DNA from: Candidatus Yanofskybacteria bacterium CG10_big_fil_rev_8_21_14_0_10_36_16
Lineage (GTDB): Bacteria > Patescibacteriota > Minisyncoccia > 2-02-FULL-40-12 > IGHO2-01-FULL-4-A
Assembly (NCBI GenBank): GCA_002794035.1
Contig: PCXQ01000005.1
Span: 83,669-147,668, forward strand
Direction of reading: 5' to 3'
Length of the DNA stretch: 64,000 nucleotides
Positions 47,774-57,615 of the stretch are shown here, piece after piece. Position 1 is the stretch's first letter, and the number at the start of each line of letters is the position of its first letter. The notes beneath the pieces were generated by a model. That model worked only from the letters and a program-made list of their open reading frames with translations, was not told the origin of the DNA and did no database searches. Both the position numbers and the translations under genes were made by a program.

Positions 47774-48169
47774 TTAAAAATTTGCTACCTCCTGCCAAGA
47801 CACCACCGAAATATCACCATCATCTACAATGACCTCTATATTAGTTACTGCGTTTTGAACTGAGGCTGTTGTTTCAATCTTTTTTTCACTGCCAGCAGTT
47901 AAAATCGGTCTAACACGACAACTGTCTACACCGATGCTAAAGATTTCATCACCTACATAATTAATATCCTGAACCAACCTTAACATGGCATTTTCAGCAC
48001 AGGCTTCGGCCAGACCAGCGCTTCGCTCTTTATATTCGGAATCTAAAATATCAAATCTGCCAAAAAATCCTCTGAAACTCAGAGCAAACATAATAGCCAT
48101 CAACAAAGCTGAGATAACAATAGCTGATGTTATAGCAATGAATCCTGAATTATTTTTGTTTATGTTCAT
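47774..48169 (-). CDS. Type IV pilin-like protein (prepilin-type N-terminal domain, atypical)
   Basis: KNNSGFIAITSAIVISALLMA hydrophobic N-terminus after a G. Lacks the conserved Glu+5. Confidence 0.45.
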   Translation of the reverse strand: MNINKNNSGFIAITSAIVISALLMAIMFALSFRGFFGRFDILDSEYKERSAGLAEACAENAMLRLVQDINYVGDEIFSIGVDSCRVRPILTAGSEKKIETTASVQNAVTNIEVIVDDGDISVVSWQEVANF

Positions 48170-48170
48170 T

Positions 48171-48650
48171 TTATTTTCTTATATACCTAATTGTTTCAAA
48201 GGGATATTCTCCAACATAAAAACTCGCCTTAACTTCCCCGCTCCCCGAATCATACTCAAAACTAGAGCTTGATACCTCAATAAAATCGCTATTCAAAACA
48301 ATGTCGCCACTTCCGCCATTAATAGACAAATTTCCTGAATCAAATTTAAAAATTAAATCAGGCTCAAAAGATCCTCCATCAACCCCAATGCCCCACTTAT
48401 CTATTGTTAAAATTTGATTACTACCACTGACTATTACATTTCTTGCTCCAGATAATCCCCATTCAATTTTTCTTATTAGAAAGTTTGCTTCCGACTGCAT
48501 AACAATATTTTCAGAATTAGATTCAGTGCCCTCAATCATGTTATACGCAGCTATCAAAACCCCGCCTATTATAAATGAAACAAACAAGGTATAAAGAAGA
48601 ACCTCAATTAAAGAAAACCCCGAGTTTTTAGTATTGTGATAAGTCATCAA
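48171..48650 (-). CDS. Type IV pilin / pseudopilin
   Basis: Class III signal KNSG|FSLIEVLLYTLFV with Glu+5. Confidence 0.6.
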   Translation of the reverse strand: MMTYHNTKNSGFSLIEVLLYTLFVSFIIGGVLIAAYNMIEGTESNSENIVMQSEANFLIRKIEWGLSGARNVIVSGSNQILTIDKWGIGVDGGSFEPDLIFKFDSGNLSINGGSGDIVLNSDFIEVSSSSFEYDSGSGEVKASFYVGEYPFETIRYIRK

Positions 48651-50181
48651 AAATTACTCTAAAAGTTGCGTTGCTTTCGACAGCAGAATAAATTAAATTA
48701 TCATCAAATTCAAGATCAACCATTTTAGCCGGAAAATTATACTTCCCGCAATTGTCAGGATACTGTGGATCATCCAATTCATCACAGTTATAAATATCTG
48801 ATGGGTCTCCCACTCTATAAACCTGGAACTCAAAATTATCATCATCTGTTGAAATAAATGCAAAATCACCAACCACGAAAAGGTCTAGCACCTCAACAGC
48901 TTTGTTGGGTCCCGCATTGCTTGGAATAAACTTTGAACCAAGCTCAGCAATATTATTTAAATCGGAAATATCCAATATCACAAAGTTTCTTGCATCTGTA
49001 TTATTATAATTGCCTCCATCCCTGCCTAGATATGCCTTATTGCCTAACAAATACAAAGATATAGCATCGAAATCCTTTGTAGTATCATATTTCATACCTG
49101 TAATATCAGGATGAATCATATAATCAGGGCTTGCTGGATTTATGTTAACAGCCATAAATTCACCAGTGTCATCTGATGTTGCAAAATAAGCATAATCACC
49201 TCTTACAATTATACTATTAATGTTGTGGGTAATTTCTAATTCTGCAATTTTGCTATACGGCGCTATGCCGCTAAATATTTGAAATTCCTTACCTCCTGTT
49301 TTGTGAGTACCCACGTAAACTTTTCCGTCATAATAATAAATAGAATTAGCATTGGGATTATTCTCCTGGTCTATGCCTAAAATATCCAAAGATTTAGTAG
49401 CAACGGAATAAGGAGGCACAACGGAACTTATGTCTATTATATGCAATTCAGAAGGCTGAGTATCCCAAGAACCCCTTGATAAAGCGAAGGCCAAATCTTG
49501 GGTGGCATCTGCAGTATTAAGACCTCTCTCTGTTGTTTCAACTGACCCAGCCACAAATGCATTTAGAGGATCATTAATATTAATAAGCCATAAATCATTT
49601 TCAGAGTTATGAGCAGTAGTTAAAATAGCATATCTGCTAGAATTCTTTTTTATTATGTCTATGCTGGTTGCAGGAACACCGGCATTGCTTGATCTTTCGG
49701 ATGGCGGATCTATAGTTTTCAAATCATAATCTTTAAAAGTATTAGGATACCACCATTCACTAATAGGAGGATTGTCGCTTCCACAGTCACCATCAAGAGC
49801 TTCTGCCTCATTGATACTAATAACATCTGTTTTAATTTCTATATGCTGGCTTCGACTAGCTTCTGTTTCCCAATTAACCGTACCTATAACTCTTCTTTTA
49901 CAAACATTGATATCTAAAGCGGTAATTGATTTATTAAAAATGTCTTCGCTTGAAGTTGCGTTAATGTCTGCATAAAAATTATTTTTAATTTCAGCCCTTC
50001 CGTTTTCAACCAAATTCCTCGTTCTATAAAGCGCATCATTGTTTATCTCATTTTCAGTTGCAATTGTTTGATTGCCAAAAGAAATCAAAATCAAAGCTGC
50101 TATTGCAAGCGTAATAATACCCAGAGCAATAACTATCTCGAGAGTAGCAAGACCTGAATTGTATTTAGTATAAAATTTCAT
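48628..50181 (-). CDS. Large (517 aa) pseudopilin-like protein, possible pilus tip/adhesin subunit
   Basis: N-terminal YNSG|LATLEIVIALGII prepilin-like segment, followed by about 480 aa of beta-rich sequence. Confidence 0.5.
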   Translation of the reverse strand: MKFYTKYNSGLATLEIVIALGIITLAIAALILISFGNQTIATENEINNDALYRTRNLVENGRAEIKNNFYADINATSSEDIFNKSITALDINVCKRRVIGTVNWETEASRSQHIEIKTDVISINEAEALDGDCGSDNPPISEWWYPNTFKDYDLKTIDPPSERSSNAGVPATSIDIIKKNSSRYAILTTAHNSENDLWLININDPLNAFVAGSVETTERGLNTADATQDLAFALSRGSWDTQPSELHIIDISSVVPPYSVATKSLDILGIDQENNPNANSIYYYDGKVYVGTHKTGGKEFQIFSGIAPYSKIAELEITHNINSIIVRGDYAYFATSDDTGEFMAVNINPASPDYMIHPDITGMKYDTTKDFDAISLYLLGNKAYLGRDGGNYNNTDARNFVILDISDLNNIAELGSKFIPSNAGPNKAVEVLDLFVVGDFAFISTDDDNFEFQVYRVGDPSDIYNCDELDDPQYPDNCGKYNFPAKMVDLEFDDNLIYSAVESNATFRVIFDDLSQY

Positions 50182-50182
50182 A

Positions 50183-50641
50183 TTAATAATCTATTCCTCC
50201 TTCAAAATTAATAGATATTGTTGCTATTTTAAAGCCGTCACTAATTAAAATAACATTATTACTTACAAATCCTGTATTGCCGGATAACTGGTTAAAAATA
50301 ACAACATTGGTGTCCCCACTAAAAACTGTATTTTGTTCAAATGGAATATTTTGATCGTAACTTGAGTCCCTTCCTATAAAATCAGAGTCTGTCTGAAATA
50401 AAACATAACGGTCATCTTCTATTTTAACTCCGTGCTTTGATTCATTAATATTTGCCATTGCCTTAGCTCTGGCTCTGTGCAACACACTAACTGCAGTATC
50501 TCTTTCTGCACTAAACGCATAACCTCTATAAAAGTCCATGCTTAAGAATAACCCCAAAGAAGCTATAAGCGAAATAATAGCCATTGAAAATACAACCTCC
50601 ATAAAAGAAAATCCAGAATTGTAATTAGTAGTATGTAGCAT
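50183..50641 (-). CDS. Type IV pilin / pseudopilin
   Basis: YNSG|FSFMEVVFSMAIISLIA with Glu+5. Confidence 0.6.
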   Translation of the reverse strand: MLHTTNYNSGFSFMEVVFSMAIISLIASLGLFLSMDFYRGYAFSAERDTAVSVLHRARAKAMANINESKHGVKIEDDRYVLFQTDSDFIGRDSSYDQNIPFEQNTVFSGDTNVVIFNQLSGNTGFVSNNVILISDGFKIATISINFEGGIDY

Positions 50642-50659
50642 GTAGTAAGTATTAAGGGA

Positions 50660-51040
50660 TTAAGAATGGATTTTTTTTATTTTATTTATAAGACCATTCA
50701 TTAACTTACTTATGATAACTGATTGACCAGCCAACTTGTTAAAATCATTGTTTTTTAAATATTTAATATCCCGCGCTATTAAAAGTTGATTCTGAACTTC
50801 TGATAACGACCCTAGAGACATATAGTAAAAATTTACTTTCTCCTTGTAAGAATTCCTACTAAACCCTTCAGCAATGTTAGAGGTAACAGAAACAACAGCT
50901 CGTCTCAACTGGCTTGTTAAACCAAATAATTCTTCTCTTGGAAATTCTTTTGAAACCTTATAAATACCTAAAACCAAATTATGTCCTTCCTGCCATACTT
51001 TTAAATCTGTAAAACTTTTTATTTTTGTACTTGTATTCAT
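50660..51040 (-). CDS. Four-helix-bundle protein (TIGR02436 family, the kind found in 23S rRNA intervening sequences)
   Basis: FTDLKVWQEGHNLVLGIYKVSKEFPREELFGLTSQLRRAVVSVTSNIAEGFSR...SLGSLSEVQNQLLIA. Track start is 51052. MNTSTK at 51040 is the likely start. Confidence 0.7.
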   Translation of the reverse strand: MNTSTKIKSFTDLKVWQEGHNLVLGIYKVSKEFPREELFGLTSQLRRAVVSVTSNIAEGFSRNSYKEKVNFYYMSLGSLSEVQNQLLIARDIKYLKNNDFNKLAGQSVIISKLMNGLINKIKKIHS

Positions 51041-51064
51041 GCTTACTACCAACTACTCACTACT

Positions 51065-51097
51065 TCACCCATAAATCGGCGAAACCGATTTATGGGT
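51065..51097. promoter_or_regulatory. Perfect 14-bp stem hairpin (CACCCATAAATCGG-CGAAA-CCGATTTATGGGTG) overlapping the pilC stop codon
   Basis: Read directly. Lies between pilC and the four-helix-bundle gene. Confidence 0.5.
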
Positions 51098-52202
51098 GAA
51101 TGTTTGCCGTAAGCTGATAAATAGGTGTAATAACAGATACAGCAACAAAGCCGACTACAAAACCCATTACCACCATCAGCACTGGCTCAAGGGAACTGGA
51201 TAAATTCTTAGTCAACTCATCAACTTCATTTTCATAATAATCTGAAAGATAAAGCAAACTCTCACTTAAGTTTCCTGTATTCTCACCAACAGACAATGTC
51301 TGCAATACCATTTCTGAGAAAAGATGAGGTACGTCAACTATGTTTTCTGAAATTCTTTTACCCCTCGTTATGTCGTCAGCAATAACATAAGTAGCTCTGC
51401 GATAAACATGGTTAGACATTGTATTCGCGGTAATTTTGGTAGCCTTAACAACATCAACTTGACTCTTAAGCAAAAGCCCCAAAGTTCTGCAAAAACTGGC
51501 CTGCTGATAGTCGCGAATCAATTTACCAAAAATTGGCAAATTAAGAAAAACCCTATCTGTCATGTATCTAAAAGGATTCACCTTTGAATAAAGGCCGTAA
51601 AAAATAATAGCTCCTAAAAATCCGGCAACAACCATTATTAAACCAAAATTAATCAAAAAAGAGCTTATGGCTATCATTGCTTTTGTAGTTGCGGGAAGAG
51701 TACCGCCAAGTTGAGAGAATATTGGTAAAATCTTAGGAAATATAAAAGCAGTAATAAGACCAGATATTAAAATAGTAGCAACGCTGACAAAGGCAGGATA
51801 AATAAGGGCGCCTTTTACTTTTTTTCTAAGACGATAACTTTTCTTAAGTTCTTCAGATAAATAATTTAGATTTTGATCCAAAATACCGCCTTCCTCACCA
51901 ACCTTCATCATGCTTATACCAAACTCACTGAAAACTTTTTTAGAACGGCCGAAACTGGTAGATAAAAGCTGACCCCTTGAAACATCTTCCAAAATCTGAT
52001 TAAGGATTCTTTTTCTGGATCTTGAACGAGTCTGCTTTTTAAGCATGTTGATACCGTCAATAATAGGTACGCCGGCTTTAATCAAAAAAGACAAACGCTT
52101 AGCTAAAACCGCCTGCTCCTTGATTGATACACGCCCAAAAGGCAACCAACTTAAGTCAAATTCTTTATGGAGAAACCCTTTCTTTTTTACATTTTCGGTC
52201 AT
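51090..52202 (-). CDS. pilC: Type IV pilus assembly platform protein PilC (GspF family)
   Basis: Two T2SSF repeats and three TM segments. Confidence 0.85.
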   Translation of the reverse strand: MTENVKKKGFLHKEFDLSWLPFGRVSIKEQAVLAKRLSFLIKAGVPIIDGINMLKKQTRSRSRKRILNQILEDVSRGQLLSTSFGRSKKVFSEFGISMMKVGEEGGILDQNLNYLSEELKKSYRLRKKVKGALIYPAFVSVATILISGLITAFIFPKILPIFSQLGGTLPATTKAMIAISSFLINFGLIMVVAGFLGAIIFYGLYSKVNPFRYMTDRVFLNLPIFGKLIRDYQQASFCRTLGLLLKSQVDVVKATKITANTMSNHVYRRATYVIADDITRGKRISENIVDVPHLFSEMVLQTLSVGENTGNLSESLLYLSDYYENEVDELTKNLSSSLEPVLMVVMGFVVGFVAVSVITPIYQLTANIHP

Positions 52203-52225
52203 AATAAATATGTTATTTAATTAAA

Positions 52226-53476
52226 TTACTCATGTATAACCCTCAATACCTCACTTATTGTAGTTACACCGGATGCTGCTTTTTTAAGCCCATCCTCAAC
52301 CATTGGCACCATTCCATTTTTTATAGCCACATTTCTTATATCACTAGATGAAGCCTTATTCAAAATAGCTTCCCTAATATCATTGTCTATTGCCATAACC
52401 TCGTCAATAACAACCCTGCCACGATAACCGCTAAGGTTACACTTATCGCATCCGCTTCCTTTATAAAACTTCCTATTGATTCCTACAGCCTTAGCCCCAA
52501 GAGCATCAACCAAACTTTTGTGTTCCGCATCGGTAATAGTTTTTTCAACCTTGCACTCGTCACAGATCCTCCTTACTAAACGCTGACCAATAGCAACGTT
52601 AACAGTAGAAGCTGCGAGGTAAGGCTCAACCTTCATGTCTAGTAATCTAGGCAATGTGGTAGCAGCATCGTTAGTGTGCAAAGTTGAAAGCAAAAGGTGG
52701 CCGGTTAAAGCAGTGTTAACTGCAAGGCCGGCTGTATCTTCGTCTCTGATTTCACCCACCATGATAATGTCGGGGTCTTGTCTTAACATAGATCTTAAAC
52801 CTGAAGAAAAGGTGAGGCCTGTTCTAGTATTTACCGGAACCTGTTTTATATTTTCAATTGCATATTCAATAGGATCTTCAATGGTAATTATAGAAACATC
52901 ATTGGTGTTCAACATTTTTAAAATAGTATAAAGAGTAGTAGTTTTACCGGAACCGGTTGGTCCGGTAACCAAAATCATTCCGTAAGGATTTCTTGAAGCC
53001 TTTGCTACCTTATCGCTATCTTCTTTATTAAAACCAAGAGACTCCAGCGTAAATTGCTGGGCCTTATCTGAAAGCAATCTCAAAACAGCACTTTCACCAT
53101 AATAAGTCGGGGTAACTGATACCCTAATATCTATTGAACCCTCTCCATTATTTAAACTAGACCTATAACGTCCATCCTGAGGAACTTTGTGTTCATCAGT
53201 TCTCAAATTAGTTAAAATTTTAATTCTTGAAATTATTTCATCAAGCATAGAACCGGGCAATTCATATATGTCTTGCAAAACACCATCTATTCTAAATCTG
53301 ACTCGAATCTTGTCACCACAAGCATCAAAATGAACATCAGATGCTTCAATATTGTGAGCATGCTCAACAACATAATCCAATAAATTAATTATCGATGCTT
53401 CCGGTCCTAATTTAAGCTCTTCCTCAACCTTAGTTTTGGGGTTTATTTTCCCTTCTGTTTTTTTCTTTTCAACCAT
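52226..53476 (-). CDS. pilB: Type IV pilus assembly ATPase PilB (GspE family)
   Basis: Walker A VTGPTGSGKTTTLYT, Asp box, His box. C-terminal tetracysteine CDEC...CDKC. Confidence 0.85.
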   Translation of the reverse strand: MVEKKKTEGKINPKTKVEEELKLGPEASIINLLDYVVEHAHNIEASDVHFDACGDKIRVRFRIDGVLQDIYELPGSMLDEIISRIKILTNLRTDEHKVPQDGRYRSSLNNGEGSIDIRVSVTPTYYGESAVLRLLSDKAQQFTLESLGFNKEDSDKVAKASRNPYGMILVTGPTGSGKTTTLYTILKMLNTNDVSIITIEDPIEYAIENIKQVPVNTRTGLTFSSGLRSMLRQDPDIIMVGEIRDEDTAGLAVNTALTGHLLLSTLHTNDAATTLPRLLDMKVEPYLAASTVNVAIGQRLVRRICDECKVEKTITDAEHKSLVDALGAKAVGINRKFYKGSGCDKCNLSGYRGRVVIDEVMAIDNDIREAILNKASSSDIRNVAIKNGMVPMVEDGLKKAASGVTTISEVLRVIHE

Positions 53477-53675
53477 ATTTTTATTCTTATTTAATATTAT
53501 TTACTAATTTACACTTACATAAATATACCACACTTATATTACTTTGACAAGATATAAATAAAAAGCCCCTTGTAGAGGCTTTTTGAAAAATAATCAAAGC
53601 CCATTTCTGATATAACATGCTGTCTTAGGCATTATAAACAAAAAAACCGCTCCCCGCAAATGGAGAACGGTATAT

Positions 53676-53702
53676 TAATCCCCGCGATGGCGGGGCTGTT
53701 TT
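53676..53702 (-). terminator. Intrinsic terminator (CCCCGC family)
   Basis: AATCCCCGCGATGGCGGGGCTGTTTT. Confidence 0.5.
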
Positions 53703-53717
53703 AAATTACTTTCTCTA

Positions 53718-55364
53718 CTACCAACTTCGACTGGATCCGCCGCCGCCGAAACCGCCGCCGCCGAAACCGCCAAAACTACTGCCACTGCTACCGCCACCGA
53801 AATTTCTACGGCTGCTAAAACTATGACTATGAGAACTTCTATTCCTGCGTCTTTTAGCTTCTTGTTTATCACCCTTTGCCATATCTTCTGCTTGAACAAT
53901 CAATGCACCCGCAGAAAGCAAAAGCGGAAAAACCACAAGCCAACCAGATCCTGATTTTGACAATTCTTTGGCTTCATTAAATTTACTCCTAGCTCTGGCC
54001 AGTAAGTCTTTTGCCTCTGACCCAACATCAGGATGTGAAACTTCTTCCTTGGCGTTGTTAATCCTAGTCGGAATTTTTGACAAAAGTCCGGGACCCTCTG
54101 TTCTCGCCCTTTTTGCATAATTTTTATCTTTAGAAATATAAGCTTCAACAATTACAAGAAGATCGGCAGCTGCTTTGATTTTTTTTCTAATCTGAATCCA
54201 ATCAGGCATTTTAACATTAGCATCGGAATCAGCTGAGGTTAAAAGCTCTTTGGCTTCATCAAATTTTTGCCGTGTTTTATCTGTAACATCAGGGTGCTGG
54301 ACATTGTCAGAAATCCTAGACATTAATCCCCTTAAACCGGGTCCGGTCACCAAAGCTATCTTCTTTGCTTCTTCAACTTCTAAAATTCTTGCTTCAATAT
54401 CGCCTTGCAATGAAACCACTTCTTCTACTCGTAGGTCTAGCTTAACCAATGCCTCATAAACTTGTTCGGAATTTTTCCATCCATTTTCTTTGGCAAAACT
54501 TACAATCTCATCAATTTCTTTTCTCAATTCATTACACAGAGAAATAAACTGATCAAATCTTAAATTAAGATCTCCCCAAACTGTTTCGGGATTATTTGAT
54601 CTTAAAGACCTTAAATTTTTTGAACAATAAATAAGACTTTCTTCGGCAGATTTGATTTTAGATTTATAAGATTTCACTGTTGCGACATTGTCCTCGTGCA
54701 ATCCCTTCAAATAATTTCTGCGCTCTAGATACTCTCGAGTTTTTACGACAACCAAAACAAAAAATAAAACTACAGCCATTGCCATGCCGGCAATCATCAA
54801 ACGGCTTTTAAATTTTCTTGAGCTCTCTTCACGGGCCAGTTTTCTTTTTTCTGCAGCAATGCGCCTTTCTTCAAGACGAGCTTCAAATGGCGTACTGCCT
54901 AAATGATCTATGATTCCGGCGACACCGGAAACAACACCATTCTCATAATGATTATTCTTGAAACTGGGAATTACAAAACTATCCATTATACGGCCCGCAG
55001 CTCCATCGGTTAGATCCGGTTCAAGGCCATACCCAACCTCGATTCTCATCCTTCTCTCGTTGGGTGCAATAAGAAAAACGATTCCATTGTCTTTATCTTT
55101 TTTGCCTACGCCCCATTTGTTGGCAAGGCGAATCGTATAATCTTCTACTGCTAATCCTTCAAGCGAATCAACGGTCACCACTGTCAATTCTATAGCAGTT
55201 TCTTTTTCATAATCACTCAAGGTCTTAGCTAATGTTTTTTCTATGTTAGGGGATAAAATATCGGCAAAATCATTAACATATCCCTGCGGTTCAGGAAATT
55301 CCTGAGAATAACCCAGAGATAATATAAAAAAAGATAAAACAAATAACTGTAAAATCTTTTTCAT
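53718..55364 (-). CDS. TPM-domain (TLP18.3/Psb32/MOLO-1 phosphatase family) membrane protein with a Gly/Ser/Phe-rich C-terminal tail
   Basis: Signal peptide, TPM domain (YVNDFADIL...VVTV...GIVFLIAPNERRMRIEVGYGLE), TM helix, coiled-coil region, GGGFGGGG tail. Confidence 0.7.
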   Translation of the reverse strand: MKKILQLFVLSFFILSLGYSQEFPEPQGYVNDFADILSPNIEKTLAKTLSDYEKETAIELTVVTVDSLEGLAVEDYTIRLANKWGVGKKDKDNGIVFLIAPNERRMRIEVGYGLEPDLTDGAAGRIMDSFVIPSFKNNHYENGVVSGVAGIIDHLGSTPFEARLEERRIAAEKRKLAREESSRKFKSRLMIAGMAMAVVLFFVLVVVKTREYLERRNYLKGLHEDNVATVKSYKSKIKSAEESLIYCSKNLRSLRSNNPETVWGDLNLRFDQFISLCNELRKEIDEIVSFAKENGWKNSEQVYEALVKLDLRVEEVVSLQGDIEARILEVEEAKKIALVTGPGLRGLMSRISDNVQHPDVTDKTRQKFDEAKELLTSADSDANVKMPDWIQIRKKIKAAADLLVIVEAYISKDKNYAKRARTEGPGLLSKIPTRINNAKEEVSHPDVGSEAKDLLARARSKFNEAKELSKSGSGWLVVFPLLLSAGALIVQAEDMAKGDKQEAKRRRNRSSHSHSFSSRRNFGGGSSGSSFGGFGGGGFGGGGSSRSW

Positions 55365-56026
55365 TATTGGCCCCTCCTGCTACTAGAAAAATCAACCTTT
55401 GGAGCTCTGTCGCTCCCCGCTTCAGCCTCAAAGTAAGGCTTATCTTGAAAGTCAGTGTCGAAAAATGACCTTGCAACAGAAACAAATACAACATCCGGGA
55501 AAGTCTTTTTAAGCGTGTTATAGCTTCGTGCTGATTCGTTATAATTTCTACGCTCAACAGCAATTCTATTTTCAGTTCCCGACAATTCATCCTGCAAACG
55601 AATAAAATTTTCATTTGCCTTAAGATCGGGATATCTTTCTACCACAACCATGAGACGAGAGAGCATAGAGCTCAAACCGTCTTGAGCTGTCTGAAATTGC
55701 GCCAAGCTTTCCGGGGTCAGCTGACTGGGGTTGATATTAACCTGACCAACTTTTGCCCTAGCTTCTGTTACAGCTGTTAGGGTGTCTGCCTCATGAGAAG
55801 CGTAACCCCTAACGGTTTCAACCAGATTAGGAATTAGATCAAATCTCCTTTGGTAGACATTTTCAACATTGCTCCACTGAGCATCAACTTTTTCTGACAA
55901 AGAAACCATATTATTATAAGATCCGATACCCATAAAAGCCGTAGATCCGATTATCAAAAAAAGTAAGATCCCAAAAGCAACAAGTGAGGTCCCAACAACA
56001 ACTAATACAGAGTGTATTTTTTGCAT
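55364..56026 (-). CDS. LemA family protein
   Basis: N-terminal TM and the conserved LemA core (AQWSNVENVYQRRFDLIPNLVETV). The usual partner of the TPM protein. Confidence 0.8.
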   Translation of the reverse strand: MQKIHSVLVVVGTSLVAFGILLFLIIGSTAFMGIGSYNNMVSLSEKVDAQWSNVENVYQRRFDLIPNLVETVRGYASHEADTLTAVTEARAKVGQVNINPSQLTPESLAQFQTAQDGLSSMLSRLMVVVERYPDLKANENFIRLQDELSGTENRIAVERRNYNESARSYNTLKKTFPDVVFVSVARSFFDTDFQDKPYFEAEAGSDRAPKVDFSSSRRGQ

Positions 56027-56179
56027 GTATTTTCTTTCTCCTTTTCTTTTTTTAAATTACTAAAAAATGCCTTAGTTTAGGCATGTTGAAATAATAACAG
56101 CAATAATAGCAACAGTCAACCCTCCACTGCCCAATGTTTGGATGCGGAGACGCGGCCCGACAACCTTTTAAACAAAGCG

Positions 56180-56208
56180 CCCCCGTCACAGCGGGGGTGC
56201 TTTTTATA
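56180..56208. terminator. GC-rich hairpin CGCCCCCGTCACAGCGGGGGTG with flanking T-runs
   Basis: Read directly. Confidence 0.45.
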
Positions 56209-56556
56209 TTTCAGAAATATTTTACAAAACTGGTTCTGGAAGATTAGAATCAGCTTCTGAAACATCAGTTCCTATTGGATAAAATCTTGCCTGTAATAAT
56301 TTCAGGCCATTATTGTCATATTCCCAGTATTCGTTTTCCAAAAAGGCGGGGTTGAATTCTTCATCTTTGGTTCATATTGACATAATATGTATATATATGA
56401 TATGGTAAAGACATAAAATAGGTGATATAAATAAGGCCACTAGTTGGCTATATATAATACTTGTATTACTTTTAAGAACCTATATAATTAGAAAAATTAA
56501 ACATAATTAAAGATGTTAATCCCCTGTTGATATGAGGAATTAATATCAAGCTTTAT

Positions 56557-57564
56557 ATGACAAACATATACAAAATCGGGGGTAAAAAGCCAAAATTCTT
56601 GGTCGGTTTTTTCGTTTTAACATTCGTATTATCAATGACCCTGCAAATGGTTCCGTTTGGAGCTAACGCTCACACAAGCCCTTATGGAAGTGGGCCAATT
56701 ACAAACGTTACGGTTTGTCACTCAACCGGAAGTACCAGCAACCCTTATACAATAAATACAGTAGGAATCAGTAGTAGTGGCGCACCACAAGGAGGTCATG
56801 ATAGTAATAGTGGCGGCCATGGGGACGATATTATACCTCCATACCATTGGAGCGGAGGAGATTATCCAGGTAAAAATTGGACTTCTGAAAACGAAGATAT
56901 CTGGAATAATGGCAATTGTAATGGAGATGGTATTGTTGAAACGCCGACTCCTACTCCAACTGTAACACCTACAGCAACTCCTACTCCTACACCAACTGTG
57001 ACACCTACTCCTACAAATACAGCAACTCCTACTCCTACACCAACTGTGACACCTACTCCTACACCTACTCCAACTGTGACACCTACTCCTACTCCTACAC
57101 CAACTGTGACACCTACTCCTACACCTACACCAACTGTGACACCTACTCCTACACCTACACCAACTGTGACACCTACTCCTACACCTACAGCAACTGTGAC
57201 ACCTACTCCTACACCAACTGTGACACCTACTCCTACACCTACACCCGGAGGTGGTGGCGGAGGTGGTGGCGGCTTCTTCCCACAATCAACACCTACTCCG
57301 ACTCCAACCCCTTCAACAGGCTCAGGGTCTACGACACCTACCCCAACACCTGAACCAGCAGTAGGCGGTGCATTCACTGAATCACCCACACCTACCCCAG
57401 CAGTACTTGGCGCGGCAGTAATTGAACTTCCTGAAACATCACTTTCTTTTGCTGACAGGATGATGCTATCACTTTTCGTATCACTATTTATGACAGGAAC
57501 CTTAATGATGATGATAGGTTATGGCGCATTGCCTAAAAGAAGCATTGAGTGGCTTGAAAGATAA
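56557..57564 (+). CDS. Secreted surface protein with Thr/Pro tandem repeats and a C-terminal LPXT-type sortase sorting signal (LPETS + TM + [10 protein letters not shown])
   Basis: Signal/TM, small Cys/His-containing N-domain, (TPTPTVTP)n repeats, Gly9 run, LPETS followed by a hydrophobic span and a basic tail. Confidence 0.6.
   Translation: MTNIYKIGGKKPKFLVGFFVLTFVLSMTLQMVPFGANAHTSPYGSGPITNVTVCHSTGSTSNPYTINTVGISSSGAPQGGHDSNSGGHGDDIIPPYHWSGGDYPGKNWTSENEDIWNNGNCNGDGIVETPTPTPTVTPTATPTPTPTVTPTPTNTATPTPTPTVTPTPTPTPTVTPTPTPTPTVTPTPTPTPTVTPTPTPTPTVTPTPTPTATVTPTPTPTVTPTPTPTPGGGGGGGGGFFPQSTPTPTPTPSTGSGSTTPTPTPEPAVGGAFTESPTPTPAVLGAAVIELPETSLSFADRMMLSLFVSLFMTGTLMMMIGYGALPKRSIEWLER
56941..57250 (+). 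repeat. Tandem DNA repeat (about 30-bp unit ACACCTACTCCTACACCTACACCAACTGTG, about 9-10 copies) encoding the TPTPTVTP array
   Basis: Read directly. Confidence 0.8.
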
Positions 57565-57584
57565 CAATAAACTCTAAAAAATGA

Positions 57585-57606
57585 AAAGCGCCATTGGCGC
57601 TTTTCA
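57585..57606 (+). terminator. Intrinsic terminator/attenuator between surface protein and sortase
   Basis: AAAAGCGCCATTGGCGCTTTTCATTTT. Confidence 0.5.
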
Positions 57607-57615
57607 TTTTGAATA

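Noticed and set aside
53675-54151. ORFs 53675..53899 and 53900..54151 on the minus strand
   Set aside because: They overlap the C-terminal Gly-rich, low-complexity region of the TPM-domain gene in other frames. They are artefacts of GC-rich repetitive coding sequence.
56221-56373. 49-codon minus-strand reading frame (…EYWEYDNNGLKLLQARFYPIGTDVSEADSNLPEPVL*) between LemA and the surface protein gene
   Set aside because: It has no start codon and an upstream in-frame stop. It could be a pseudogene remnant, but an open frame of this length in AT-rich DNA can arise by chance.
56941-57250. Regular about 30-bp tandem repeats considered as a possible CRISPR array
   Set aside because: No unique spacers separate the repeats. 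The repeats are contiguous and in-frame within a protein-coding gene (TPTPTVTP array). No cas genes are nearby.
56722-57389. Long minus-strand ORFs (187 and 175 aa) rich in Cys/Arg/Ser or Gly/Val opposite the TPTP repeat gene
   Set aside because: These are antisense read-through of a simple tandem repeat. The plus-strand gene has the signal peptide, sorting signal and RBS context.
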